Positions 1 through 19,690 of a stretch of DNA of 64,000 bases are shown one piece after another; within the stretch, counting starts at the first letter, position 1; each line of letters opens with the position of its first letter. The notes beneath the pieces were generated by a model. The model saw only the letters and a program-made list of their open reading frames with translations, was not told the origin of the DNA and did not search any database. The stretch is from Chrysomallon squamiferum (taxonomy: Eukaryota; Animalia; Mollusca): the NCBI GenBank assembly GCA_012295275.1, contig CM022665.1, positions 6,634,001 through 6,698,000 on the forward strand, written 5' to 3'. A program made the translations under genes and the position numbers.

Positions 1-303
1 GATTTAAGTGAAGAACTGAGAAAACTTCAAAGTAAGAACATTGATATTGCTATCATCACTGTTATTATTATTTTCTTCTTCTTCTGTAATAACTTGATAA
101 AAGTATTGATTGTTCAAATAATAATTAAGAAAAGACATTTTTTGAATTTTCAGCTGTTTTACTTCTAAATTATGCAGTAAAATATCCAAATAAACCAAAA
201 TACTTTTTTCATGATACATAAGTTAGATATTTTGTTCTATTATACTGTCATTATTAAATTGTTTTATTTTGTTGTTATTATAATATTACACTTACCACTT
301 CAG

Positions 304-3300
304 ACAAACTGAAAGAAGAGGAAACAGGAGAGCAGATTGAGACACATCATGATGTGATCACTCCTGCTTTAACTCCACAGCAGTCTCTTTCTGAACCTCC
401 ACCACAGCCAAGTACTACACCACCACCTTCACCACCAACCAGTGTCAAACAAGAAATTCAGCCCGAACTTCCTAAACCTCAGGAGGAAGCAGTAGAAGAG
501 AAAATAACACCCAGTCCTCAGCCTCATTCTCCACCCCCAGAAGAACCTGATACAAGAAAACCTGAGCCAGAAAAACCTAAACCAGTGTATGATGAAATTT
601 ATATAAGATTCTGCATTTTTTGTAATCATTTGGAAACTTTGTATTCGATTTTGAACATTTTTAATAAATGTTTAATTTCTAAAAACTAGTTGCAGCTGCA
701 GTAATTGCTTCTGATGATGTTTTCACTTCTTTTGTATTAATAAATTGTCCATTGTAATAAATAATTGTTAAAACACAAGATCACTTTTTGTTTAGATTTA
801 TGGGTGTTTTTTTCTTCTTTTCCCCATGTTTAAATTTTTATTAATTTATTAATTTCTTTATTTATTATATTATTCAGTGTTACGACAGTAGAAAAGGCTG
901 TGGCAACTGAACAAGAAGAGCTGCCTAAAGAGACTGAGCCAAGCATTCCAGCTGCACTAGAATCATCTTCTGTTTATGAAGATGAAGGCAGTTCTCCTGT
1001 AACTAGTACTGTTGGTGAGAGTATTTCTGAAGGACAGTGGCTGCTGGATCGCAGTGAGGGTCAGGTTGCAGACTTCCCTCTTGATGAAGGTAAATGATTT
1101 TAATTTTAATCTTCTTAGTATCTAGGACTAAGAAAACCTGAAATAAAACGATTACAATTAATTAAAATGTATGGGTTTTTAAGTTGTTTTAATTAAATTT
1201 TTAATAATTACAGTATCTTTTTTGTACACAGACTTTATTTTTAACATCAGAAGAAAAAAATCAAATAATAATATATTCATTCTGCTATTATATTTATCAG
1301 ACGCTACTTATCCACCATATATTTTCATAATAGATAAACAGAAAAATTTAATCAGAAAACCAAAACATTATGCTGGACAAAAAAAAGAAAGCAAATTGAA
1401 TGTAATGTTAAATATGTTTAAATATAGCAGATATTACAGTTAATACTGTTGTGTTATATTTCTGTTGAAGCTGCTCAACACTGGATAGCCCAGAATTTAA
1501 GACATATTGGTGATACAAGCGCTGTCAGCACACTAAGAGATACAGAAGATTTAGATATGGTAAAAATAACAAAAAATTGATTTCAGTTTAGATTAGATGA
1601 TTCTGTTGATTACTAAAAAATACAAGGGAACATTTGTGTATGAATGACAAAAGATCAAAATGTAATATTTTCAAAACTTCAACCTGATCCACTTTAGTCA
1701 TATTTCTAAAAGTAAATGTTATTTCCAGATATGTATCTCTGAGTTTTTAAATTAAGATGTTTTATAGAGACCACAACAAATGTGTTAACATTAGCAGATA
1801 AGCCTTTGAATGATTAGAATATGTCCTCCCCACATATTTTTGATGATCAGCTTTATATGATTTGGCAGATATTTATTTGCATATGGTGTTAAACCAAAGG
1901 AATTTAAAAAAAAAAAAATTGATATAGCAATAGAAAATTTGCAGATTAGGGAAAGTGTCTGAATGATGATTAGGTCATTCTGATTAAAAAAACGAAAAAA
2001 AACCCCAAAAACGCAGGAGTGACTGCCTTTATTATATGAAATATGCCTGAGATATGAAATATTAAAACAAGATACCAATTGCAAAATCTTTACTGTGATA
2101 AGTTTGTTTTGCTAAATGGTCTGTGAAAACATTAAAAAAATAAAATAAAATAAATAAAACTGTTTTCTCCTCAGGATGAGTCTGATGTGAAGAGTGAAGG
2201 AGAGTTTCTATACAAGTCACGTATGACAGCAGAGAAAGATCCACTGTTAGCTTTGATAGCAACATGTCCACAACAAGCATACAGTTCACAAGTCAACAAT
2301 CTCATCACAACAAGAACAAGTCTAGGAGAAGTTTGTCTAGATAATGGAGGTGCTCAAAGGAACAGATATGTGACCTCAAGACCAGAATTCATAGCCAGAT
2401 CATCGGAATCTACTGCTGAGGGTTAGTGGATCTAGTTTTGACAATCTGATACTTAGGATAAATATAAAATTATTTCTTTTATTACATGCATGCATAAAGA
2501 TTTTCAGATATTCATCCACAAACTTCACTACATAAATATGAAAGTATCTGTAGAATACTTCAAAATGTTCTGGGTAGACTGTGTTGATTTCAAATTACAG
2601 TTCCTTTGCTAGAAGACACAGTACAAAAGTTATAATATTGTGCCATTTTTCATTCCAAAAAATATCTGCAAATCTTTAATGCTTTGTTTGTAGTTGAGGT
2701 ATCAAGTCCAGAAAAGGATACGACAATGAATTTGGATGAGCTTAAAAACAGTAACACTTCTAGATTACAAGCTGGATATTCAAGAAGCCAAGGTATAAAA
2801 AAAAGAAGAAAAAAAAAGAAGTCTTTTATGTTTTAATTCAAATCGGTGGTTTTGTTATTCATATTGTTTCTTATTAATTGATAAATAAAATAAACTTAAT
2901 ATTATTTTTTTTTCATAATGAAATTAATTTTTGTCCTTGGAAAGTCGTGTTTATCTGAGTAGCAGCATCACCTCTTTTTAAGTAATCATATATCCAACTC
3001 TTTGCATAGTCATTTATATTTTAGCTTTGACTAATACTTTATTCCATTATGATGCAGTATTAAGAAATGTTCAATGTTGCCTTTTTAAATATAAATATAT
3101 ATTAGTGACTATCAAGAAAGTATGGATAATACTAATGAATTCATCTGATCTGAGATATTGCAGTTTTTGTAATCACAAACATGTTAAGTTGATTGTAATA
3201 CGATTTTTTAAACTTTTTTAGGACATACCCCTATGCACAAACCTCCGCAAGGTAGTCGAATGCAAGAACACACAGATCAGAGAGAAACACATACACTGGG

Positions 3301-4014
3301 ACGGATCATCCAAGTTCGGAGCAGTTTGGATGATCAAGGTTTTTTTTATTATTATTATTATTTGATTGCATTTTTAAAAATTCATTCAATGTAAAGATGT
3401 GTCACAGAATATAAGTAACAGCATTGGAAGTAATCATTTATGTAGACATCATATTTATTTTAAAATATTTTTAAATAGATAATTCATTTCTTTCTTTCTC
3501 ACCTCGCTACCTTTATTTTCTCTCTCCATTTCACTTTATGTATTCATCTGGTTATTTCGTCTAAAACATTTGAACTTCTGTTTGATTTGCTAATTCAGAA
3601 ATGGGGAACAATGGTCCTGGTACACGGTCACATACTCCTGACCAGATAAATACAGAAGCTCTTGCACAGTCTGGCTTTCTCAGCCAGTCGTTAGGACAGT
3701 CTGGCAGAAACAGTTCTGAATTTAGCCAGGCAGGTTCAAAAAATAGGACAGGAAGCCTCAATGCAGTTCAGACATCAAGTGAAGTGAGTCGCTCTATGAG
3801 CCCACAAAGACTGAAAGCATCTGGCCAGTCTATAGGATTAACATATTCCATTGAGAGTGAGGAGGGATATAACCTGGAACAACAACACAGAGTTGGCAAA
3901 TCTTCAGGTCCACTGAAAATGTATGTAACAATTCCATCCACTGGTCAAGATGAGGAGAGTGATGATATCTCAGAAATTGACATAACTGATCCAGTGGGAA
4001 AAACGACCGAGTAG
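304..4014 (+). CDS. KIAA0586: TALPID3 (KIAA0586) centrosomal/ciliogenesis protein, 3' portion; the gene begins upstream of the window
   Basis: GT-AG exons with consistent phase: 304-586, 878-1089, 1471-1559, 2175-2421, 2694-2792, 3222-3338, 3599-4014 (TAG). The translation has a Pro/Thr-rich tract (TPALTPQQS..TTPPPSPP), repeated SEG[QE] motifs (ESISEGQWLLDRSEGQV), SAVSTLRDTEDLDMDESDVKSEGEF and a C-terminal PLKMYVTIPS. These match my recollection of the vertebrate TALPID3 C-terminus ([32 protein letters not shown]). Confidence 0.8.
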
Positions 4015-5394
4015 TTGCAAACATTTACACTTTAGCATAAAACATTCTATTTGTTAAAAACAGTTCTAGGCTCTGTAAGAAATATTTAATTTGTAGTTGT
4101 GATAGAATTGTTTTATATTACTTTTAAGGCATAATGTGCCCAAATTTTGGTTTAAAAATACTTCAGGATAGGAAATTTTCTATTTCATTTATAGTCTAGA
4201 GCAGCAATTTTCAACTTTTTTTCATCTTACAGCACATAGAATAATAAGTTGAAATTGCCACATATATTGCCAGTTTTTTGAAGGAGAGATTTTTGTCATA
4301 CATGTATGTCAAGATTGTGCTTCCATGTTTAGTAACTGAAATTCTGATCATTGTGTTTAGAAAACATTTAACTGTACACATTTTTGATTTACAGTACATA
4401 TAAAGATTGGAAGAAATTCTGTACAAATATATAAAACATAATCCTCTTAATTAACACAGCATTATGTTGAAAACTGCTGATCTAGAGGAAAGAGGTAAAA
4501 ACATAAATTTTATGGATAAATTGTTTTGCTCTGGTTTTTTGGCTGCTTTTATTTTCTTATATTAGACTAAAGCAGTGTATTAGTTTATATTAGCTATGGT
4601 ATCTTCAAACTTGTATATTGTGTGATATTAGTTAATTGAATAATATTAGATTTTATCCATCAGTAGTGTTATTTATTTTTCATTACAACATTTTGTAGCA
4701 GAAATAGAATAATACTCCACTGATGATACAGTTTGAAGATACTTTTCAAAATATTTTAATTAATTATAACAATTACAGCAGAATGTGTTACTATTATTTT
4801 ATCCAAAATATTTAACTAAAATTATAGTTTTGTTTTGTTTTTGACGAAATAGTAATGACAGAAAAGCAATCAGATGAAAAATAAAATTAAATGTAAACAA
4901 TTACTTTAGAATTAATTTTATCAATTATAATACTAAGGAAGTTTAATCATTATCTGTCTTAGATACAGTATTGAAAATGTATTAACCTTCAAACAGTTTG
5001 TGGTAATTGCTACAAAATTCTCATCAATAGCCAGTTACATTAACTGTCAAATGCCCAGGCTTAAACTAAATATTCAATGAAGAGGTCATGAAATGATACT
5101 TGTTACTTACGTGGTTAATTAACAACATAACAGAAAGCATTATGTGCCTGACTGAAACGATCTCATCACTTAATTATTTCACATGAATCAGACAAAAAGC
5201 ATTTTGACCTAACAAAAATGTGAAGAGTTCTTGAGATAAAAATCTCAGAGTATGATGTGGGAACAAATTTGTTATTTAGTTGTGTTTGGCCATTTTTGGT
5301 GTTTTAAAATGTGACAATTATTTTCACATTGAAGATAACCGTATATATCTTTGTAAATTATACATATTTAAATTATATAATTGCATAACATTTT

Positions 5395-5430
5395 AATAAA
5401 TATTTAATTTCTTTCTGTTGTTTTGTTGTT
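5395..5430 (+). terminator. Probable polyadenylation signal of TALPID3
   Basis: AATAAA at 5395-5400 followed by a GT/T-rich downstream element (ttctgttgttttgttgtt). Confidence 0.4.
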
Positions 5431-6329
5431 TTAGGGGGAGGGTTGCATGTATATTATTTTTATTTTTGTTACATATATATATTATTCAGCAAAGGTTTCA
5501 AATTAAAACCAGGACCAAAGAATCAATACCCACTAAATAATAGAAACAAAACTGAAAATTGTACATAACAAGAAATCAGCAATAAATTCTGTTTCAACAA
5601 ACAACCTAAATAAAATTTAAATTTTTCACTTCTGAATTTTTTGAAAAATCACCAGGTTCTATCAATTTTAGATTTGCTAGACAACAATTTACAATTCTCT
5701 TCAATTAGTTGGGTTTTTTTTTTTAATCATACAAACGCTTGTGCGTTATGGATCATCTTTTTAAATTTGGATGTTGCCAGACATTTCTAATTAATTTTTT
5801 TTTTAAAAAGGTGTTGTTGGGAGTTTTTTGTTTGTGTTTTATTGTTTTTGGGGGGGTGGGGTGGAAACATGAAGTACAACAAATAAATCTACCAGTCTTG
5901 CTTTGAAAATTTTGCTTTTCTTGTAGATAGAATAAACATTCTTTATTCCTACAGAGTTTTAGCTTTTAATTATGTTACCATCTGTGACTATACCACAAAT
6001 TTAAATAGGAACATCACTGAATGTCATATGCAACTGTCTGAAACTAAACCAAGCAAAAAAAAAAGATAAATCCAGATCTAAATTTATCCACTGTGACGCA
6101 TTACAATTTTAAATCTCTATAATGGTATTTTTAAAACCCCAGCAAACATAGTTTTGAATTACAATACAAAAACAAACATTTTAGTTTTCTTCAATTTTTG
6201 TTAATATTTGACAGTTTCAAATAACAGACCAAAAGCAATTATTGTTCTCATTTTTTTTTAAATATCCTATTTCTGTAACTGTTTTGTACAACTCTTTAAT
6301 GTGAAGGTGTTTACTTCAATAACAGAATA

Positions 6330-6375
6330 GTGAACACAAGAACACAAAACATGTAATCAGTAGGATTAATTTATT
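6330..6375 (-). terminator. Probable distal polyadenylation signal of the LC3C gene, implying a ~2.5-kb 3' UTR
   Basis: Minus-strand AATAAA at 6370-6375, followed on the minus strand by GT-rich ttttgtgttcttgtgttc. Confidence 0.3.
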
Positions 6376-8867
6376 AGCAGAAATATAGTCAACAGACATG
6401 ACATAACATTTCTCATTTCATTGAAAAATATAATCAGCAAGTTCACCTAAAACGGTGTAATATCATTTTCACAACATTCTTTTTTATAAATTAGTTTCAT
6501 TATTATTTTTTCATTTTTTTATTTTTTATTTTTTTTTATTTATTTATTTATTTTTTTTATTTTTATTTTTTTGTTTTGTTTGGATATTCTTTATTTTTTA
6601 TTAATGAAAAATCTTAAAATTGATGTCTCTGAAACTAATAAGAAATACAGAAAATTAATCATGAAACTAAATGGCCTTGCTGATTTATGCATGCCTTTAC
6701 TACTGATGTTAATATTAATATCATTACACTCAAATAATTCAGGTAACTTTACTATTAGACAAAAATAAGTCATAATGTAAGTGCTTTTAATCTTTCTTTT
6801 TTCTTTAATTTTTCTTCTTTTTTTTTTTCTTTGCAAATATGTAAGCTACATCCAGAATTCACTTTACCAAGGAGTATATTTAAATTTAAATTATATCTGT
6901 AAAATAATTTTTCCACTCAGTGTAAACATTCTGATATTATAGATAAATAAATACAATTTTCTGATTGTCATAATTTCATATTTTTTTCAGTGATAGGCAA
7001 ATTACAGTTTCAGAACAAAAATGTAATTCTCAAGATAAATGGATTTCCTATGTTCTCAGGACTTGTTTTGTTTTGTGACCAGTAAAATAAAAATCTGTAG
7101 ATATTCTCAGGTTCTTAAAGAAAAAAAAAAAAAAAAAAGAAAAACTGCTATTGCAATATATAATTAAATCAAAGGAAATATATAGTTTCTGTATTGTTTG
7201 TTAAATTTATAAGAATATTCTCCATGTAAACTGTTGACAATTGTTAACTAAGTTGTTAGATTAAAATTCAGAATATTGTCTAATGTATGTAATCTGTTTT
7301 GGTCCCCAGTTTCAAGAGTTATTTGAGATAAAAATAATCAAATATGGTAACTAGGCCAGTTATCCTCTAATACCAACATGAAAGAAAAGGATTAAATTGA
7401 AGTAACATTAGCTGTCTCTGTTTTAATTTAAAAGAAAAACATTATCAAAAGAAAAATGCACAACATCTTTTTTTTTGCTCTTTGTTTCTCTGTCATACAA
7501 TTTGAAGACTGAAATACACAAACTTGGTACAGATATTTTGTTATGATAATGAATATGTTTGGAAAATAAAATACATTTAGATAAAACGTAGATAATAAGA
7601 GAACATATAAACAGATATGACATGATAATAATACATATTTAGTACTTGAGTATACAAATATATATACGCAAACACAGACTCATGCACACATGCACACACA
7701 GATAAATGCTCACATTCACTTACACCAGTTAAAGAAAAATCAAAAGGCACTGTCTGGAAATTGGAAAAAAGAGAAATGTATGTCTATATATATATTTGAT
7801 ATCTATAAATTTTAACACAGAGGCATTTTTATAACAATAATTTTGTACAAATATATATGTAAAAATTTGTATAATACCATTTCAACATATCTTCATGAAT
7901 TATGTTAATTACAGCAAGGCACAATGTATTGACAACAACCCCAAAAAATTATTTTAATATAATTTTATATATATATATATATTCACATGCAACATAAATA
8001 ATCTTGAATCACATTGGTTACTTTAATCTTTTAAAAAGTGTTTTTAATTTAAATAATGTTATTATTTTTCAGCGAAGAATAGTATTATTTAAATTAAAAA
8101 TTATTTTTAAAAAGAAATAAAAACACAAAAAACATCACATAATATTTAATGTAAGGAATTCAATTTTAAACATTAAAAACTTACACAAATCACAGAAAAG
8201 ATAACAGTTCAAAAATATTCATACAAAAATGTGTGGTAATTAAGCAAAACAGTTTCTCAGAAATAAATAAAATAAATAGGTTTTTTCCTCTCAAAAATAA
8301 TTGCTTCATTATATTCCTCACAAAAGAAAAAATTAAACTGATAAACTCTATCATAAAATGCAGATATATTGTGGAGTCTATAGATAATTACAATATCAAC
8401 AAAAGAAACAGTAATTTCAAAATTAAATTAAAATCCATCTAAATTTTATCAACAACTATGGAAGTAAAGGATAATTGTGAACAGAAGAATACCTAAGGGT
8501 ACAGGTTATAACTTTTTAGATATTTTGTACCATACAAAATGTTTAATAATTTGTTTTTAATTTCACGAATTGCAGGTTCGTATATCCACATTACATCAAC
8601 ATATACATGTATGTTTTGAAAATGAGTTATCTTTAGTTAATAAAGAACTTGGCACATTATTATCTACATTAAAAAGTCTTTTCAAAAGATTAAAATGTAA
8701 TGAACATTTCAGTATCAGTTAGGAAAATATATAGAATCAAATATAAATATGTATGCATGTCTGTCTGCTGTATGTGTGTGTAGTTTTGTTTTACAACACA
8801 AATAGTAACCTTCAGTATTACCACTGTTGGTATGGAACTTCTGGTATTCTTGACACAGTATGTAATT

Positions 8868-14310
<5,443 letters not shown>

Positions 14311-14749
14311 GTTCACAGCTGATAAAAACTTGTAAATTTTGACAGATTAAAGAAACTTGTTTTTCAACAGTTTTGTGATGTCACCCTCTTGTCGCTCGCC
14401 TACTAAGAAAGATAACTCTTACAGTTTATTTCCTTTATAATACTACTGGATGCATGCATTCTAAAAACGTGTGACAAAAGCGCAATAGGGACAAGGGTGA
14501 TTAATTTAACTCATGATTATACAGAAACGAGATACTGTAAAATGTTTTTGTAATAATTCAGAATAAATATGAAGATATTTAAAAGTAAATTCCATTTAAC
14601 GTAGTCTTTGAGTTAGGGTTAGTCACTTAGTGCTACGTGAACTTAAGAATAAGATCATGAAAGGAGGGTAATGGATCAAAACTCTTTCATTCCCCTGAAT
14701 TATCTTCCTAAATTTACTCAAATGTAAATTTGTTTTAACAGAACTGACT
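14311..14749. promoter_or_regulatory. Bidirectional promoter region, LC3C / TAF1A
   Basis: Divergent ATGs 440 bp apart. Local CpG retention, GTGATGTCAC (14375), AGATAACTCT (14410) and ACGTG cores. Probable short 5'-UTR intron of TAF1A at 14668-14741. Confidence 0.7.
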
Positions 14750-17700
14750 ATGAATGAGGAAGAAAGTTTCCATGATTCCGAAGACGCAGAAGCTGTGAGG
14801 ATTTTAATAACTGGTTCATCAGATAAACATCATACAGACCAACGTGTCATAACTCAGATTTAAGATCTAATACATTTTTCAACCCTTTATTTTGTTTATT
14901 ACTTTGTTTTATTTTACGGAGTTAAGAATTCCCATTTTATAATAAAAATAAACTTAATTAATAATGCTGAGGTACTAGTAACAGGTATCTGTGTAAATAG
15001 GTTGTGGACAATATTTACACTTTCACTGTACATTTTAAAAATTATTTAAATATTATATTATCTTGATAATGTGACATGATAAAAATATAAAATGTATATA
15101 ATTTTTAAGTCAGATACCATTACCATATTCCCTTCTTTTTTTCTTTCTTTTTTTCAGAAGGAATTTCTGAATTTGATTAGAACAGACAGTAAGCCAGAAT
15201 GGCTTACCATACTTACTGATTGTGTGACCACTAGTAAGTATAGTATTTCATTTAATCATTGTATTACTAATCCTAGATAAACAAATCTTGAGAAGCAACC
15301 TCCCATAGTTGAATATTTGTAGTGGAATCCATCTGTTACAATAGGCAGAATATACACTTCATTTTTATATTTTTTATAATCTATTCATCATAGGGATGGG
15401 AAACGTCTATAGTGTTTCACTTTGGCTCACACCATAATTAAATTATATATTATTTACATCTAGGCTGTTTATCTGTATGTATGTATTTGCAAAATAATTG
15501 TTTAATTTTTTAATTTTTAATTTTTTAGACGATCATTTTCATGCTTTGAAACTTTCAAGTCATTTCATTATGTTGCCAAGATTTTTCAAGCTATTACAAG
15601 AATGTCTTGTTACACAAAGGTGGTCAGAAGCTCTGAAAATTATGAATGTGCTTAACAGAGAACCAGTAAACACAACCAACACAATATGGAGTGTAAGTTG
15701 TCCTTTTTTTTTTTTTTTTTTTTTTATATATTTCTTGAATAAAGATTTTAAAAAGTATTTTATCATTTTATTACAAATGAAATAAATAACTAAGGTTTTT
15801 TTTTTTTAATTATTATTTCATTCTGGATTTATTATCAAAAAACAGTTTATTTTAAAAATATTTTCTGGATATTCCAGTAGAGTGGAGAAAATAATATGAA
15901 ACATATAGATCTGTTTGCAAGATATATTGCAAGATACATTCATAACAAAATTAGTTTTAATTTATTATTTTGATGGCTATGTAATTTGCAGGCTGGAATG
16001 GAAATTTTATACACAAATCCGTCTGGAAACATACAGCTTGTAGGTCAGCTTACAAAGTAAGTTTTTATTTGTATAGAGTTAATTAAAAAATATTTTTTAA
16101 TATTTAGTGTTTATTTGCATTTCAGATAGGATCATATATGGTAAATAATGTCATGTAAATTTTATGTTTTCACTATCTAAAATCCAAACATCTTATTGTA
16201 TAATATACTGTTTACATACAAAAAGCATATTTAGTGACCAATTTTCATTAATAACAAAGTATGAAAACTAACTTATGAAAGCTAGAAACTGATATTTTCA
16301 CATTTTCCTATGATTTTGGTTTTACAAAGATACAATTAGAGAAGGGTGGTGCTGAACAACTGCAAGGAAGTATATAAAATATGTGTTGTTAGTTTACAAC
16401 AGCATTCAAAAATATGTTTATTCTTTCATTATATTGTGCATTTTACTTATTTCCTAACAGCTATCTTAAACTTTTGCATGACGTCAATGGCAGAGAAGTT
16501 TTGTTAGAAAATGTCTTGTATTTGCTAGTACAGCAGCACCTTGATGATGCGAAGAAGATGATTCAGGTACTTAAATCAACTCTTTATTAAGAACATTATA
16601 GTGATCTATCAATAGTCTGTTTGTGGCCATAAATAAAATTTCACTACTGATTTCAGACTTTCCATTTAATTTATATTCAGAATCTTTTTTATTTCAGAAT
16701 ACATTGTATATACTGTATAATGTTTATATATATTTTTATTTTTTTTGTCGTAGCTGTGTTATGTACTAAGAACTGGACTTTATTATAATTATCCTTGTCT
16801 ACTTTCTTTTTTGATCAACAGAAAGCTTTAGCTTTAAAAAGACATGGCTTTAAAAATTCAGAAAAAGCTAAGTACACTAACACCTTGCTGGCTGCATATC
16901 AAGGATTGATGTTTTACACAGAGTGGCATATGTGTAAAACAAAGCATGAATTTCAGATGCAACAAAATTTAGGTGAGACTGAGTGACACTTTAATAATTA
17001 ACAAAAACTGGAAGTTTACATTTTATTTGGAATTAGTACTGGACTTTCAGTTTAATTTTGAATTGAGGAAGATACTAATATTTTTTAATTTCTGGTTTAT
17101 AGAAGAAAGTGAAGTGCAAATATTTAGTTCAAAATAATATTTCTGGGTTCAGTTTCATTGGTTTGTCCCTAAAATGGGTTTTTTGTTTCTCCAAAACAAG
17201 AGAAGATAATAATAATAAAATATTTTAAATTTGCTTTAGTGTAATAAACATTTATTTTCAAGATAGTAGTATTGTAATAGATCGTAATTAATTTCAGAGA
17301 AACCAGGTATATCTCAGGTGATGAGCCAGGTAAATTATGAAGAGAAAATGAAAATACTTGCAAACAAGGCAGAATCTTGCTTCGAGTCTGTTGTTAAATG
17401 TTCTGGAGTCTGGGACATTTTTATAACAAAATATATTGAAGTAAGCAGAATAATCTTTAATTGTTTTTCTTTTATCAATAAAGTGGTAAAGTAAATATAT
17501 ATAGTGTCACCATTTGTTTGACTAGTTAACACAATATATGTTGAAAAAAAATTCTTTGACAAAATTCTTATTTCAAAATCATTACTCTTGCAATTACTTA
17601 ATCTGCATTTCTAGATAAAACTTTAAAGCCATATAAATAATTTTTAAAATACTGATGTCAGAGCATTAACTAAAACCAACAGTAATTGCAATAGACTTTA

Positions 17701-19690
17701 TGTGCACATTCTAATACTGAACAATGTCATAGCATTTTGTTTTCTTAATAAAAGCTCATCAACCAGATCAAATTTGTTTTGAACTCTTTTTGGCTTAAAT
17801 TAGAGAATGACTGCATGTGATGATTTTAATTTGCAATCACTTACATTCCAGGTTTCAGTAGATGAAGCCAGTTGTCTGGATTTTATATTATTCTTTGTTG
17901 ATATTTTCAATAGCTTCTGGAGTACAGGAATGATGAGGATAAAGCGCACAAAGTTTTACTGTCTTACTGTGAGAGGAATGAGGATAACCCTAACGCACAT
18001 CGGTATTTGTATGAATTTCAGAGCCGTCATGAAATAGCTGATATGGAAAAAATCAAAACTTTATCAGTTAGTATTAATTTAAATAAATTAATCTTAATGC
18101 AGCTAAATTGTTATGTTTTGCAAGGGAATATTATTCTATAAGAATATTAATCACATATTGTGTATTTAACATAATTATATTTATTTTTTAAAATCAATTT
18201 TTAATAACCGAGATAAAAATGACTATGATATACAAGTTAAAGCAGTTTAAATTGTTTATTTTTAGTTGTTAGCAGAAAAAGATCCATCCAACAGTCTTGT
18301 TTTAGAACTCTGTACACTTCTGAAAGGTAGGCTGTAAAATCCATGTTTTACAACAGTCCCTCTTGATTACCTTTTTTTTTTTTTAAATATTTATAATTAA
18401 TACATATATATATACATATATATTTTAATTATATTAAGAAGTGTAACACTAAAGGTTTATTCAATAATACATTATTTCATTTTAAAAAGACAAGAACAAA
18501 ACTTCAATTAGTAACCAGAGATTCACAAAAGATTATTGTAGACCACATTGTCCATCTACCAGTGGGAGTCACTAAAACGTTAATAAATATTAAACCAGTT
18601 TAGTTGATGTGGATATATTTGTATTCTGTGTTCTGACTATAGAAATAGGCAGTTTCTTGATCTAAATAATTAAAAGTTTCATTGAATACATTTTTTTTTT
18701 TTTTTTCAGACTCACCAGATGTTATCAAATATTTGTTTAATATGTTGGACTATCCTGAGTGGAAAGACAGCTTGCAGCCATGGGAGCAGCTGGCCACATT
18801 TTTACAGACATTAGAATCAGTGTAAATTTTCTGATATCCTTAAATGTATTCATCTCAATTACAAAATTTAAATTATTTTAAATTTTTATATTTTAACACC
18901 ATAATTAATTGGAAAATAATTAATATTTGGAATATTTAGTAATTAGGAAAACATATTAGGTTTTTTTTTGTTTTGTTTTTTCAGAAAACATAAACTGTTT
19001 CTTGATGTGCTACATCAGTGTTGGGACATTAGAAAGGACTGGTGGCCTGAATACATGTTTAACAGTGATGTAACCGATACTACAGACACACATCTGCTTG
19101 TCCATAAAGCTGTTGTAGCTTCAGTCCTCCTAGGAAAAAGTATTTTTTTTTTTATTTTTTTGTTTTTTTATCCCAGTTTCCTCAATTCCTCCCCTATTTT
19201 GATGTTATCTAACACAGTCATCAGAATGCCACAAGAGGATCATATTATAATGAGCAAACCTCAGTAACTGAATAGTCCAAAACAGGATTGTCTGATGCCA
19301 CTTTTTTCACTTTTTATCTGTTAATATCAATTGTAATTTTTAAAACGGATAAAAACCTAAAATCATTTTATAATTAATTTAAAATATCAACGTATGTTGA
19401 ACATACTCAGGTAATGTAATGTGATCTGACCTTTAAATCATATTGACTGTATCTGTTGTCTTTATGGTTGTTGAGCTTCAGTTTATCAGTTTCAGATAAT
19501 TTAACATACTTAGATAAGTAACCTGAAAATTCGTTTTTTTACAACATTAAAAAATAATAATAATAATACATAAACTTATGTTTCAGAAAATGGATTCACA
19601 AAATCTGTGTTGAAAGGTGTAAACAAAAAAGAGAAGAAGAAACTGAAAAAGCTGATATCAAACATTAATTCCAGTTTGGAAATCACTTGA
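14750..19690 (+). CDS. TAF1A: TATA box-binding protein-associated factor RNA polymerase I subunit A (SL1 complex), ~444 aa
   Basis: Exons 14750-14794, 15158-15233, 15529-15692, 15992-16056, 16461-16566, 16822-16972, 17298-17440, 17914-18066, 18266-18326, 18710-18821, 18985-19139, 19587-19690 (1335 nt, in frame). Motifs QRWSEA, IWSAGMEIL, LLAAYQGLMFY, SGVWDIFITKYIELLEY, NPNAHRYLY, WDIRKDWWP and KAVVASVLLGK align with TAF1A. The first exon is the least certain. Confidence 0.88.
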
